This document shows positions 10,135 to 19,544 of a stretch of 64,000 nucleotides of DNA, one piece after another. The DNA lies in NCBI GenBank assembly GCA_964468795.1, contig CAYXWL010000001.1, positions 232,246 to 296,245 of the forward strand, given 5' to 3'. The position numbers were made by a program, and so were the translations under genes. The stretch comes from an uncultured Candidatus Saccharibacteria bacterium. Its GTDB lineage: Bacteria; Patescibacteriota; Minisyncoccia; Phycocordibacterales; DATDWN01. Below the pieces are notes generated by a model. It was not told the origin of the DNA, did no database searches, and was given only the letters and a program-made list of their open reading frames with translations. Numbering within the stretch: the first letter of the stretch is position 1; each line of letters opens with the position of its first letter.

Positions 10135-10646
10135 ATATTTAATTATACCACTTACTTTAAGCTACAACCTTAATATGAAAGAGAGATTAAGAGCATTGAA
10201 AAGTGTTTAGTATAGGGAGTAGGAAGTGCTACTTCCACATCTCAAAACTCGCCGTCGCTCGTTTTGGTAGTGTCAGTAGCTCGCGACCCATTCTGCTGAA
10301 TGGGTACACCGCTTCGTTTTTTGAATCCGCACGAAAGCTGTCCCACAGCTTTCTCCTAAAACCAAACTTCGTTAGATTTTCTCCTGCGGGCTAGTCGGGT
10401 TAAGTACCCGTGAGGTGAGACCCCATAAGGGTATTTTAGCACATTCTCCACTCTCAATTTGAGGTACTCGGGTCGGGGTCAAAAAGCCAAAAAATGCCAA
10501 AATTTTAATAAGCGAGATTTCTCAATAACTTTACAAAAAAGTAAATCTATTGTCTGGTATGTAAAATTAGGGTTTATCCACACCCTTACTATACTGCACA
10601 CGCTTGCCGTGTGTGGTATACTTTATCCATATTAAAAAATATAAAA

Positions 10647-10997
10647 ATGAAAATAAACAATAAATTAAATAATGTAATAAAAGATATTAGAGAAGATAAA
10701 AAAATGACACAAGAACAATTAGCAAAAGAGTCAAAATTAACAAGAGGATACATATCCCGCTTGGAAAATGGTGACTACCCTGAGGATTCACCTTCAATTA
10801 AGACATTGAAGAAAATCGCAGAAGGATTGAAGGAACCACTTGAGCTTCTACTCGCTAAAGCAGGTATTACTCAAGAGGATTACATCAATTCAGCAACACC
10901 CCAGACATTCTTTCGAGCACAATACAACTTGAATGAAAGTCAGATCCAGGCAGTCGAATCATTTATCCAGGGCGTTAAGAAACAAATTAAAAATTAA
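10647..10997 (+). CDS. XRE-family HTH transcriptional regulator
   Basis: MTQEQLAKESKLTRGYISRLENG helix-turn-helix; start taken at MKINNK. Confidence 0.8.
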   Translation: MKINNKLNNVIKDIREDKKMTQEQLAKESKLTRGYISRLENGDYPEDSPSIKTLKKIAEGLKEPLELLLAKAGITQEDYINSATPQTFFRAQYNLNESQIQAVESFIQGVKKQIKN

Positions 10998-11008
10998 CAA
11001 ACAAACAT

Positions 11009-11545
11009 ATGAGACCCTCTCCCGAATGGCAGGCCAAGGCCAAATACAAGGCAAATGCGATTTTAAAAGAGTACTTTGAGATTCATTCTCTAGTACTACC
11101 GATACCAATTCAAGATGTCATTGAATTTTACATGCAAGATGTAAATTTCATCACAAGCGATGACTACGATTTTCCAGAAGGCGTATCGGCATTGGCGAGA
11201 AGAGATATATCTATTGGGTGGATGGTTATTGTAAATGGAAATGAATGTAAGGAAAGACAGAGATTTTCTTCAGCTCACGAGTTTGGGCATATGGCTCTCA
11301 TGACGAACACCTCCAAAGAGGTACATTGTTCAACTGATAAAGGAAGTTGGGAAGAAAAACTCTGTGATATGTTTGCGGGGCATCTTCTCATGCCTGAAGC
11401 ATTTGTGAGGTCATACTACGAGCTTCACCCTTCTCCATACGTTGAGGATATTGCAAGAGCGTTTAAGGTTAGTCAGCAAGTCGCAGAAATTGAACTTGAG
11501 TATTTGGGACTTCCGGTAAAAAGCAAGTTTTCAGTTGAATTTTAA
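11009..11545 (+). CDS. ImmA/IrrE family metallo-endopeptidase
   Basis: HEFGHMAL (HExxH) motif; immediately follows XRE gene (ImmR/ImmA-like pair). Confidence 0.8.
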   Translation: MRPSPEWQAKAKYKANAILKEYFEIHSLVLPIPIQDVIEFYMQDVNFITSDDYDFPEGVSALARRDISIGWMVIVNGNECKERQRFSSAHEFGHMALMTNTSKEVHCSTDKGSWEEKLCDMFAGHLLMPEAFVRSYYELHPSPYVEDIARAFKVSQQVAEIELEYLGLPVKSKFSVEF

Positions 11546-11589
11546 TACATAAATTTTTTTATCAAAAATAGTTACTATACATTACATAT

Positions 11590-12873
11590 ATGATAACCAC
11601 AGGAAACAACATAAAAATAGAGCAAGTGAAAATATCGGAGTTAAGACCATCTGTATACAATCCGAGGAAATGGGATGATAAAATCATTTCCGATATGACC
11701 GAGAGTATCAATCGTTTCGGACTTTGCGACCCTCTCCTTGTAAATGGAGCACCGGAAAGAAAAAATATTCTCATCGGCGGTCACTTGAGACTGAAAGTCG
11801 CAACAAACTTAGGATTTACAGAAGTTCCAGTTGTGTATCTCAACATTCCAGACATTGAAAAAGAGAAGGAATTAAACTTGAGACTTAATAAAAATCTGGG
11901 CAACTGGGATGAGGAGTTACTTAAGGCATTTGATGTGGATTTACTCTTAGATGTTGGCTTTACGCCAGATGAATTGAACTTTCATTTTGATGATGTGCTT
12001 AGCATTACTGACGATGATTTCAATGTAAAAGAAGAACTGGAGAAAATCACTACTCCTACCACTAAACCAGGTGACCTATTTCAACTTGGAGATCACAGAT
12101 TACTTTGTGGAGACTCTCTCAAACCAGATGATGTGAAGAAACTCATGGGTTCTGAGAAAGCTCATATGATTTACTGTGATCCTCCATACAACATTGGACT
12201 TGATTATAGGAAAGGTATCGGGACAAAGGGAAAATATACTCAGGAGAAGTTGATAAATGACAGTAAGAAACTTGGTGAGTATGAAAAGTTTTTAGAAAAG
12301 TCTTTGCAAAATGCTTTAAGTGTAAGTAGAGAGAATGTTCATGTCTTCTACTGGTGTGATGAGAAATATGTCTGGCTTGTTCAGAAGCTATACAATCAAC
12401 ATGGAGTTACCAACAGACGTATTTGCTTTTGGATAAAGAACAATTTTGATCCAACACCGCAAGTTGCATTCAATAAAGTGATCGAGCCGTGTGTATATGG
12501 AACTCTTGGTAGTCCAAAACTCAATCCAAGTTTGCAGAATATATCCGAGATTCTAAACATGGATGTTAATTCCATCGGCTCATACGATGACATCATGTCT
12601 ATTGTCCAGATGTGGTTAGTCAAAAGAGACAACACACTTGAATACGAACATCCAACACAGAAACCAATCACTCTAAACGAAAAACCTATGAAGCGCTGCT
12701 CTTCCCCAGGAGAGATTATTCTCGACTTATTCGGCGGAAGCGGATCGACTTTAATCGCCGCAGAACAATTAAAGCGCCGTGCATTCCTAATGGAAATTGA
12801 TCCAACATTTTGCGATTTAATTATTAAACGATATGAACACTTCACAGGAAACCATGTCAAAAAACTCAACTAA
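11590..12873 (+). CDS. ParB-like N-terminal domain fused to beta-class N6A/N4C DNA methyltransferase
   Basis: N-term ISELRPSVYNPRKWD..(ParB/Srx fold); MTase motif IV MIYCDPPYN then motif I DLFGGSGSTLIAAEQ (permuted beta order). Confidence 0.8.
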   Translation: MITTGNNIKIEQVKISELRPSVYNPRKWDDKIISDMTESINRFGLCDPLLVNGAPERKNILIGGHLRLKVATNLGFTEVPVVYLNIPDIEKEKELNLRLNKNLGNWDEELLKAFDVDLLLDVGFTPDELNFHFDDVLSITDDDFNVKEELEKITTPTTKPGDLFQLGDHRLLCGDSLKPDDVKKLMGSEKAHMIYCDPPYNIGLDYRKGIGTKGKYTQEKLINDSKKLGEYEKFLEKSLQNALSVSRENVHVFYWCDEKYVWLVQKLYNQHGVTNRRICFWIKNNFDPTPQVAFNKVIEPCVYGTLGSPKLNPSLQNISEILNMDVNSIGSYDDIMSIVQMWLVKRDNTLEYEHPTQKPITLNEKPMKRCSSPGEIILDLFGGSGSTLIAAEQLKRRAFLMEIDPTFCDLIIKRYEHFTGNHVKKLN

Positions 12874-13621
12874 AATCTGGGAACTTGGAAATCATAGACT
12901 GCTTTTAGGTGACTCCACTCTAAAAGCAGATATCAATTTGCTTGTTGGTAAAGACAAGGCAAATCTTCTTTTAACTGACCCTCCATATGGAGTCGGATAT
13001 GTTGAAAACAAAGAAGAATTTCTGGAAGCAATCAATGGGAAAAGTAATCCTCAGAAATTTTCTTCCATAAAAGGAGACGGAATCAAAGAAGATTATTACG
13101 ATTTCTCTAAAAAGTGGCTTGGGATACTCAAACCGCATCTCGCAGATAAGAATTCCTTCTATATTTTCAATGGTGACGCAAAACTCAGAGAGTTCCTCAA
13201 TTCTTTGCACGATCTTAGTTACACTAAATCAGCTATTTTAATCTGGATCAAAAATCACGCAGTCATCGGTCGCAAAGACTATCACCCACAGCATGAACTC
13301 ATCATATACGGTTGGCTAGGCAAACATGAATTCTTTGGGAATAAGGGCAAAACTACTTTGTTTTATCCTAAACCCAACAAAAACAAACTTCACCCCACCA
13401 TGAAACCACCGATGCTTTTGCGTAGACTCATCTATCACAGCACAAAGCCCGGCGATGTTGTACTTGATCCGTTTGGTGGATCAGGTTCAACACTAATCGC
13501 TTGTGAGGAACTAGGTCGAAAATGTCTCATGATCGAGAGTGACGAGAAATATTGCGAGACAATCATTGAAAGATGGCAGAAACTTACAGGAAAAACTGCG
13601 AAGTTAATTAATCATGCGTAA
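12833..13621 (+). CDS. Beta-class N6A/N4C DNA methyltransferase (second, tandem; overlaps upstream gene by ~40 nt)
   Basis: LLLTDPPYGVGY then DPFGGSGSTLIACEE; shares HRLLxGDS motif with upstream MTase. Confidence 0.8.
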   Translation: MNTSQETMSKNSTKIWELGNHRLLLGDSTLKADINLLVGKDKANLLLTDPPYGVGYVENKEEFLEAINGKSNPQKFSSIKGDGIKEDYYDFSKKWLGILKPHLADKNSFYIFNGDAKLREFLNSLHDLSYTKSAILIWIKNHAVIGRKDYHPQHELIIYGWLGKHEFFGNKGKTTLFYPKPNKNKLHPTMKPPMLLRRLIYHSTKPGDVVLDPFGGSGSTLIACEELGRKCLMIESDEKYCETIIERWQKLTGKTAKLINHA

Positions 13622-13627
13622 GAAAAT

Positions 13628-14017
13628 ATGGACAATGATGCCGACAAATCACAAACAATTTCTGTCTATAAGCGACAAGAGTTCGAGTCGTATGTTCTTT
13701 GGAGATCTATGCCATCAATTCTCCGAGGCCAACCGAGACACGTCATTGAAAAACTTGGTGTCGATGATGAATTGGCTATGTCACTTTTGGAAATCAAAAA
13801 TCAAACAGAATTTGCCAAACGTTTCGGCATCAAAGACCTCGGCACACTTACAGAGTGGAATAAAAAGATTGAAAAAGAAGGAGGACTTCTCAAGCACATC
13901 AACTCTTGGGCACGAAAACTTACACCAAATGTTGTCTCTGCTTTGTATCGAGAAGCCACAAAGACTGGCAAAGCAGCCGAGGTGAAAGCATGGATGGAGA
14001 TAGTTGAAGGAATGTAA
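13628..14017 (+). CDS. Hypothetical protein (island gene)
   Basis: 129 aa ORF, no recognisable motif; overlapping alternative frame 13614..13985 judged spurious. Confidence 0.4.
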   Translation: MDNDADKSQTISVYKRQEFESYVLWRSMPSILRGQPRHVIEKLGVDDELAMSLLEIKNQTEFAKRFGIKDLGTLTEWNKKIEKEGGLLKHINSWARKLTPNVVSALYREATKTGKAAEVKAWMEIVEGM

Positions 14018-14026
14018 AACAAATAT

Positions 14027-14233
14027 ATGAACAATGAGAAAAAATATCTAACAACAGAAGAAGCAACCATTATCTTGTCGGAGGCTCTTCAAGATGTGGC
14101 TCAAAGAAAAACAACACTTAAGCGAGCCCTCGTAATTTCTCGTTTAGCTTTGGCCTTATCGAAAATGATTGAAGTAAATGACCTCAAAGATCGAGTCGAG
14201 TTTCTTGAACAGACCTTAAAGAAAAGAAAATAA
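14027..14233 (+). CDS. Small coiled-coil hypothetical protein
   Basis: 68 aa, tightly spaced with flanking genes. Confidence 0.3.
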   Translation: MNNEKKYLTTEEATIILSEALQDVAQRKTTLKRALVISRLALALSKMIEVNDLKDRVEFLEQTLKKRK

Positions 14234-14234
14234 T

Positions 14235-16073
14235 ATGAAACAAGTTACAAGCAACATGCTACTAAAAGGAAACCTTACTCCGACAGAGAAATTCATTCTC
14301 CTTATTCAAGATGAGGTAAATAGAATCAAAACTGGAAAAGAAATACTGACTCCTGCCGACAGAGATGCGTTAGAAAATTGGAAAGCACAGACTAATAAAG
14401 AAGCTCATGAGTGGAACAGATTAAATGATGGATTTAAACAGACAGCAAAGATGAACGTTGAAGTGGAGTTTACTTACAAAGATGCTCAAGTAGCATACCT
14501 GGCCCAACTACCAATTACTTCACAGCTTCTATTCTATCCATACTATAGGGAGATGCGAGGTTGTATTAAAACCCTCAAAAATATCAAGAAAGCAACTCCA
14601 AAAGAAGTAATGGAGGCCGCAGAAAAACAAAAACAAGTCAAACTAAAGGAAGGAATGGATTTTGACTATGCAATATATCAACTAGCTTTCGAACTTCTAT
14701 CTGAGAAAGACAAGAAACAAATGAAAGATCTGTATGAGGAAATAGAATATGAACACCAATATTTAGACCAAGAAGAAATCATCGCTAATTTGTTTAATGG
14801 GAAAGAAACTCTAACTCAGAAAGCTAAAGAAAAGCTAGCGACTCTTGTTGCTGAAAGAAGCTACAATGTATTTGCTAAAGAGTACCAGTTCTTCCATTAT
14901 TTTGCCTGTATCCCAATAGCTGAAGTAGCGCGATATTTCCTCAAATCCAAAGGAGTGGAAGTTAAAGGAAAAAATTTATCCAAAAATCAGGAATCAGATG
15001 ACGAGGACTCAGTTACGCATGATAAAATCGATGATGTTGTAAAGAAATATGCGCAAGAAAATAAAATTTCTGTTGAAACACTACTTAAAGAAGGGTGTTT
15101 ACAGTGGTTAGATGACGGGCTCTTGGATGAATACACCCCTCTTGTCATTAGCACTAGTGCAGAGTTATTTGAAAGATGGCTTAAGACAAAAGTAAAAGCT
15201 AAGAGTATTTTACTTAAACACATAGAGAATAAGGAATTAACTCTTAGAAAAAGAAGTGAAAACGAGACATTCAAACACAAACTGCGCAGTAAAGACTTAT
15301 ATGATATTGAGCTAAATGTCGCCCGAAAAGTACTAGAAAATCTTGATCTGGAACTGAGAGTAGAAAAAGCAGAAGGAGATGAAAGAGTTGCTTTTGAGGA
15401 ATTCAATGAATCAATAATTACAGGAGAAAGTTTGTATACCTTTAAAGGAGAATATGGATTTGTTAAGAAATTCAAAGAAAGAGCAGATGAATATGATGCC
15501 AACCTTGGTATTGTATATGCAGATGATGACCCAGAACATACAGGAGAGCACTTGGATCAAGAATTCATTGTCTGTAGCCAAAACGGTAAAGGTGACGCTA
15601 GCTTCTTTAGCTTGTATGGGATGTCAATTTCAATGCTCTCCTCTTTCTTTGATGGAAAACTGCTTTTCAAAGAAAAAGTTAAAGATAAGAAGACATATAT
15701 TGAATTCAAAGATCCAATGATAGAAGCAATTTTTAAAGAAAGAAGAAAACTAATGATTGATGGGTATGCAAAACTTCTAGCTTTTGAGAAACTTTTTAAG
15801 AAGCTGGGTAGGATATACCAATCAGATCTGGAGTGGAACGTCAGAGAAAGAATTAAAAGGATGAAAGAACATATTGATCAATTTAACGAAACGATTAGAG
15901 TGGCAACAAATACGAGTGAAGAAGAGAGAAAATATAAAGAAGGGATATTTAGGAGAAAGGAGGTTCTGTATTTCGAGGAAGAGCAAATAATCGACACAGA
16001 AAAGATCCTGCCAGATGAAACAGTGATTGAGGAATACAGAAAGAAATTTGAGGATTTGTTTGAGGAGTTTTGA
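14235..16073 (+). CDS. Large charged hypothetical protein (612 aa), function unknown
   Basis: Long ORF, K/E-rich, no motif recognised by eye; operonic with upstream genes. Confidence 0.5.
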   Translation: MKQVTSNMLLKGNLTPTEKFILLIQDEVNRIKTGKEILTPADRDALENWKAQTNKEAHEWNRLNDGFKQTAKMNVEVEFTYKDAQVAYLAQLPITSQLLFYPYYREMRGCIKTLKNIKKATPKEVMEAAEKQKQVKLKEGMDFDYAIYQLAFELLSEKDKKQMKDLYEEIEYEHQYLDQEEIIANLFNGKETLTQKAKEKLATLVAERSYNVFAKEYQFFHYFACIPIAEVARYFLKSKGVEVKGKNLSKNQESDDEDSVTHDKIDDVVKKYAQENKISVETLLKEGCLQWLDDGLLDEYTPLVISTSAELFERWLKTKVKAKSILLKHIENKELTLRKRSENETFKHKLRSKDLYDIELNVARKVLENLDLELRVEKAEGDERVAFEEFNESIITGESLYTFKGEYGFVKKFKERADEYDANLGIVYADDDPEHTGEHLDQEFIVCSQNGKGDASFFSLYGMSISMLSSFFDGKLLFKEKVKDKKTYIEFKDPMIEAIFKERRKLMIDGYAKLLAFEKLFKKLGRIYQSDLEWNVRERIKRMKEHIDQFNETIRVATNTSEEERKYKEGIFRRKEVLYFEEEQIIDTEKILPDETVIEEYRKKFEDLFEEF

Positions 16074-16115
16074 GAGGATTGATACATTACAAGGTAAGAG
16101 ATACTATATACATCA

Positions 16116-16508
16116 ATGAAAAAAGATTTTAAAAAGTGGCACACAAAGAAAGAGTTTCTGCACAATGAGAAGGATATTTCAAATATATTCTTCAAAGAGC
16201 GAGAAGTCTGGTGGGTAGCACTTGGAGCAAATATAGGATTTGAACAAGATGGTAAAGGTGAAGAGTTCAGAAGACCAGTTTTGATTTTGAAGAAGTTTAA
16301 CCAATTTGTACTCTTGACTGTGCCTCTCACTACCAAGATTAAGAAGAATAAATACTATGTTCCTCTTGATATTGGAGATGGAACACCACGTATGGCTATC
16401 ATTTCTCAAATAAGGCTTATAGATACGAAAAGACTTATCGACAAACTGGCAACTCTTGAAGAGGATTCTTTTACTCAAATCAAAAACGCAATCAAAGCTA
16501 TGCTCTAA
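16116..16508 (+). CDS. PemK/MazF-like toxin-fold protein (putative type II TA toxin / mRNA interferase)
   Basis: WWVALGANIGFEQDGKGEEFRRPVLIL...LTVPLTTK pattern resembles solitary MazF/PemK family; no obvious antitoxin. Confidence 0.5.
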   Translation: MKKDFKKWHTKKEFLHNEKDISNIFFKEREVWWVALGANIGFEQDGKGEEFRRPVLILKKFNQFVLLTVPLTTKIKKNKYYVPLDIGDGTPRMAIISQIRLIDTKRLIDKLATLEEDSFTQIKNAIKAML

Positions 16509-16628
16509 TTGCGTCTTTGCTTGTCTGCTCCCTTGCGAGAGCGAGCCCGAAGGCCATTTGTACCTACAGTATATATCGATTTAAGTGAAAGTCAAATGAA
16601 GTTATCTACAGTATAATATAAGAAAAAT

Positions 16629-17651
16629 ATGCAAATAAAATCCCAATTTGACCACAGAGGAAAAACTTACAAAGTTACATATACTGATGGAGTTCCGGAA
16701 GTAGAAAATCTTGAAACTCAAGATGGTGTTCATTCGTATTGTTTCTATGGAGATAAATTAGTTATCGTTGGACATGGAGCAGACAACAATTGGACTCCTC
16801 CAGGTGGAGCTATCGAAAAAGGAGAAACTTACACTGAAGCAGCTATACGAGAAATCAAGGAAGAATCAAATATGAAAGTCCTTCATATTGAATGTATTGG
16901 ATATCAAGATGTAGAAGTATCATACGGTACTGGAATGGTTAGACAATTCAGAATGATGGCTATTGTTAAACCATATGGAGAATTTGAAAAAGACCCAGAT
17001 GGAGATATTTTGGAGATAAAGCTGATTGATCCAAAAGATTACAAAGAATATATAAAATGGGGAGAGATCGGAGATTACTTAATGAAAAGAGCCTTGGAGA
17101 TGAAGGAGTATAACTTTGAAGATGTCACCAAAGATGCAGTTGTAAATCCAATTGAACTAGCAAAAAGATTTGCGAGTAAAAAGTTTGCAGAGATACAAAC
17201 AGGAAATCACTTTCTAGATGTATATAGAATTCTTAAAGAAGAGTTTGGGGTTAATGATGAAGAAGTTTTAATCGCTGGACTATTGCACGATACACTTGAA
17301 GATACTTCTGCTACATATGATCAAATTGAAAGAATTTTTGGGAAGAGAGTTGCGGATTTAGTAGAGGAAGTGTCTCATCCAAAAAATTACAATAATGAAC
17401 AGAAGAAAGAATACTATGAGAAACTAAAGCATATTTCTGATGGAGGGAAAATGATAAAACTAGCTGATTTTAAATCACACTTAGTTAATTTCATCGGAGC
17501 TTTTACAGGAAAAAACAATTTGAAGAAATTTACATACACAGAGTACACAGATAATATTCTTAGTTTTCTAGAAAATTATCCTGAATCAGCAGCAAAAAAT
17601 ACTGTATATAATTTATCAAAAGAGTTAGAAGGTCATATTTTAGGAAAATAG
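16629..17651 (+). CDS. Nudix hydrolase fused to HD-domain (RelA/SpoT-type (p)ppGpp hydrolase-like) protein
   Basis: Nudix box GGAIEKGETYTEAAIREIKEESN; C-terminal LLHDTLEDTSATYDQIERIFGKRVADLVEEVSH = HDxxED hydrolase motif. Confidence 0.75.
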   Translation: MQIKSQFDHRGKTYKVTYTDGVPEVENLETQDGVHSYCFYGDKLVIVGHGADNNWTPPGGAIEKGETYTEAAIREIKEESNMKVLHIECIGYQDVEVSYGTGMVRQFRMMAIVKPYGEFEKDPDGDILEIKLIDPKDYKEYIKWGEIGDYLMKRALEMKEYNFEDVTKDAVVNPIELAKRFASKKFAEIQTGNHFLDVYRILKEEFGVNDEEVLIAGLLHDTLEDTSATYDQIERIFGKRVADLVEEVSHPKNYNNEQKKEYYEKLKHISDGGKMIKLADFKSHLVNFIGAFTGKNNLKKFTYTEYTDNILSFLENYPESAAKNTVYNLSKELEGHILGK

Positions 17652-17652
17652 T

Positions 17653-18414
17653 ATGAAATTAATTACCTTAAATGCGTGGGGTGGAAAAATATATGAACCA
17701 CTCATTTCTTTCCTTAAGGAACACTCAAAAGATGTGGATATTTTTTGCTTTCAAGATGTATTATTCGGGTCAAAACCAGAGTTTACTCCAATTCAAAAAG
17801 GAAGAGTAAACTTATTTTCAGAAATTGAAAATATTTTAAGTGATTTTAATTCATTTATCTTTAGAGATAAAAATGAGTCATTTATTCATGGCGAGATGTT
17901 GCCTCTCGAGGTGGGGTGCGGGCAAGCTATTTTTGTAAGAAAAAATTTAAAAGTTCTAGATAACGGCGCATTTCGTGCTTTAGACAGAGAAACAGACGAT
18001 GACATTGCTCCTGGAAGATGCCAGTGGATTAAAATTAAATTACATAACGAAGAAAACCTGGTTGTTATGAATTTACATGGAATGTGGCAAAAAGGTTCTC
18101 AAAAGAAAGACACTCCAGAAAGAATAGTACAATCACAAAAAGTTAAGGAGTTTTTCTCTCAACACAATTCCAAGCAAATAATATGTGGTGATTTTAATAT
18201 GGTAAAAGATGGGAATGCAATGAGTATGTTGGAAGAAGGAATGGTAAATTTAGTGAAAGAATACGGCATTCAATCAACCCGAAGCAGCCATTACCCAAAA
18301 GAAGAAAAATTTGCAGACTATATACTCGTATCAAAAGATATAAAAGTAAATGATTTTAAAGTTTTGCAGAATGAGGTATCAGACCATTTGCCTTTATTTG
18401 TGGATTTTGAATAA
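17653..18414 (+). CDS. Endonuclease/exonuclease/phosphatase (EEP, DNase I-like) family protein
   Basis: MKLITLNAWGG...CFQDV...CGDFNM...SDHLPLFVDFE conserved EEP motifs. Confidence 0.75.
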   Translation: MKLITLNAWGGKIYEPLISFLKEHSKDVDIFCFQDVLFGSKPEFTPIQKGRVNLFSEIENILSDFNSFIFRDKNESFIHGEMLPLEVGCGQAIFVRKNLKVLDNGAFRALDRETDDDIAPGRCQWIKIKLHNEENLVVMNLHGMWQKGSQKKDTPERIVQSQKVKEFFSQHNSKQIICGDFNMVKDGNAMSMLEEGMVNLVKEYGIQSTRSSHYPKEEKFADYILVSKDIKVNDFKVLQNEVSDHLPLFVDFE

Positions 18415-18416
18415 AG

Positions 18417-18446
18417 AAAAGCACCACGATTTTTTGTGGTGCTGGA
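18417..18446 (+). terminator. Rho-independent terminator after EEP gene (GCACCAC-loop-GUGGUGC, T-run in loop/after)
   Basis: aaagcaccacgattttttgtggtgctgg directly after stop; marks left edge of GC-rich element. Confidence 0.5.
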
Positions 18447-18704
18447 AGTGGTGTGCAGTCCAGATCTTTAGCATTGCGAGCGTTGGCCACCTCCTTGGTT
18501 TTCAACTTAGCCGCTCGCGTAGCGATCTGGTTACGGCTTGTGCCGTCATCCGTTCCCACTTAGGGAACGACTCAATTAGTCCTCTGGCCTCTGCACATGC
18601 CTGGACCGCGATATGTTGGGAACTCCATGCAACATGAGTGCGCACTCCGCCTTTGTTACAGCGCCCTCCGCTAGAGGGTAACGTGCCGTCTTCATGGTGG
18701 AGCT

Positions 18705-18772
18705 CCCATCAAAAGTTTCAAATTATTTTAAAATCTTTGATGGGAGGGCGAACAAATTTCGTTGCTCACCCA
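18705..18772 (-). promoter_or_regulatory. X-type UTR module copy a (CCCAUCAAAAG..CUUUGAUGGGA palindrome + GC hairpin)
   Basis: cccatcaaaag-N22-ctttgatggga-gggcgaacaaatttcgttgctcaccc; upstream of possible 40-aa mini-ORF. Confidence 0.5.
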
Positions 18773-18885
18773 TTGCACTGCGGTCTCGCCCTGCCTTATC
18801 AGCAAACGAAGTGTCTAGCTTCGTTGCTCGCTTAAGTCATTTCTGACATCAGCGAATTCGCGCAGGATCCCCGCTCAAGTTTGTG

Positions 18886-19386
18886 CTAACTCAGTCGACC
18901 CAATAAGGTTTGCCCTGTCGATACCAATCTGGCGTATGACCACCACTGACTGTAATCAGTGAGGATTTCCATACGCCAATGGCTGTCGACTCTGCCGGGA
19001 ATGGGCGGACACAATTCGATGAACGGAGATTGCTGATTGCGCAACTCCTCGTCCCTCGAAACGCGCCTCGCACACACCGGCAAAGTGACACCACTCGCAT
19101 CTTTGACGAATGCGACATTGGCACTGAGCCTCGACGAAAGTTTCCCACTGCATACTCGACCGTCTTTCTTTGGCGCAAGTAAGTTGAGAAAACTGTCGAT
19201 CGAGATAGGGCGATACCTCGTCAGGATCCGCTGCGCGTCGACGTATGTCCCGAGGTCCCAGAGAAGCAAATTGCTCTTCTCTTCGTTCCGGCGCACTTCC
19301 ATATTGCTAAAGTGACGCTCGAAAGTCTCACAAACCTCGAGGACGTTGACACTCACAAGGCGATCCCGAACGATGTAGTTTTCCAT
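18886..19386 (-). CDS. Hypothetical protein (GC-rich element)
   Basis: Start at MENYIVRDRL preceded by AAAGGAGGG SD; 166 aa; no motif recognised. Confidence 0.5.
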   Translation of the reverse strand: MENYIVRDRLVSVNVLEVCETFERHFSNMEVRRNEEKSNLLLWDLGTYVDAQRILTRYRPISIDSFLNLLAPKKDGRVCSGKLSSRLSANVAFVKDASGVTLPVCARRVSRDEELRNQQSPFIELCPPIPGRVDSHWRMEILTDYSQWWSYARLVSTGQTLLGRLS

Positions 19387-19454
19387 GAGCCCTCCTTTGG
19401 GCAAAATACAGACTATTTTTAAAGAACTTTGGAACAATTTTGTTCCTTCAGAAT

Positions 19455-19500
19455 ACTTAACCTAGGTTAAACCCTCTGAAGGAAGTCCGAGGATATATGA
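19455..19500 (-). promoter_or_regulatory. Y-type structured module (CGUCCGAGGAAGUC..GACUUCCUCGGACG alternative hairpins), copy 1
   Basis: ggaagtccgaggatatatgacttcctcggacg; near-identical inverted copy at 26186-26232. Confidence 0.5.
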
Positions 19501-19544
19501 CTTCCTCGGACGATACCGGGCTGACGCGCCGATAGACGTTATTG

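Noticed and set aside
13614-13985. Alternative-frame 123-aa ORF overlapping 13628..14017
   Set aside because: It overlaps the preferred ORF on the same strand, has a basic low-complexity translation, and its start lies inside the upstream methyltransferase stop region.
18852-18900. Cluster of GAATTC, GGATCC and GTCGAC hexamers resembling a cloning polylinker
   Set aside because: It does not match any common vector MCS sequence between the sites. It is most likely coincidence in GC-rich DNA.
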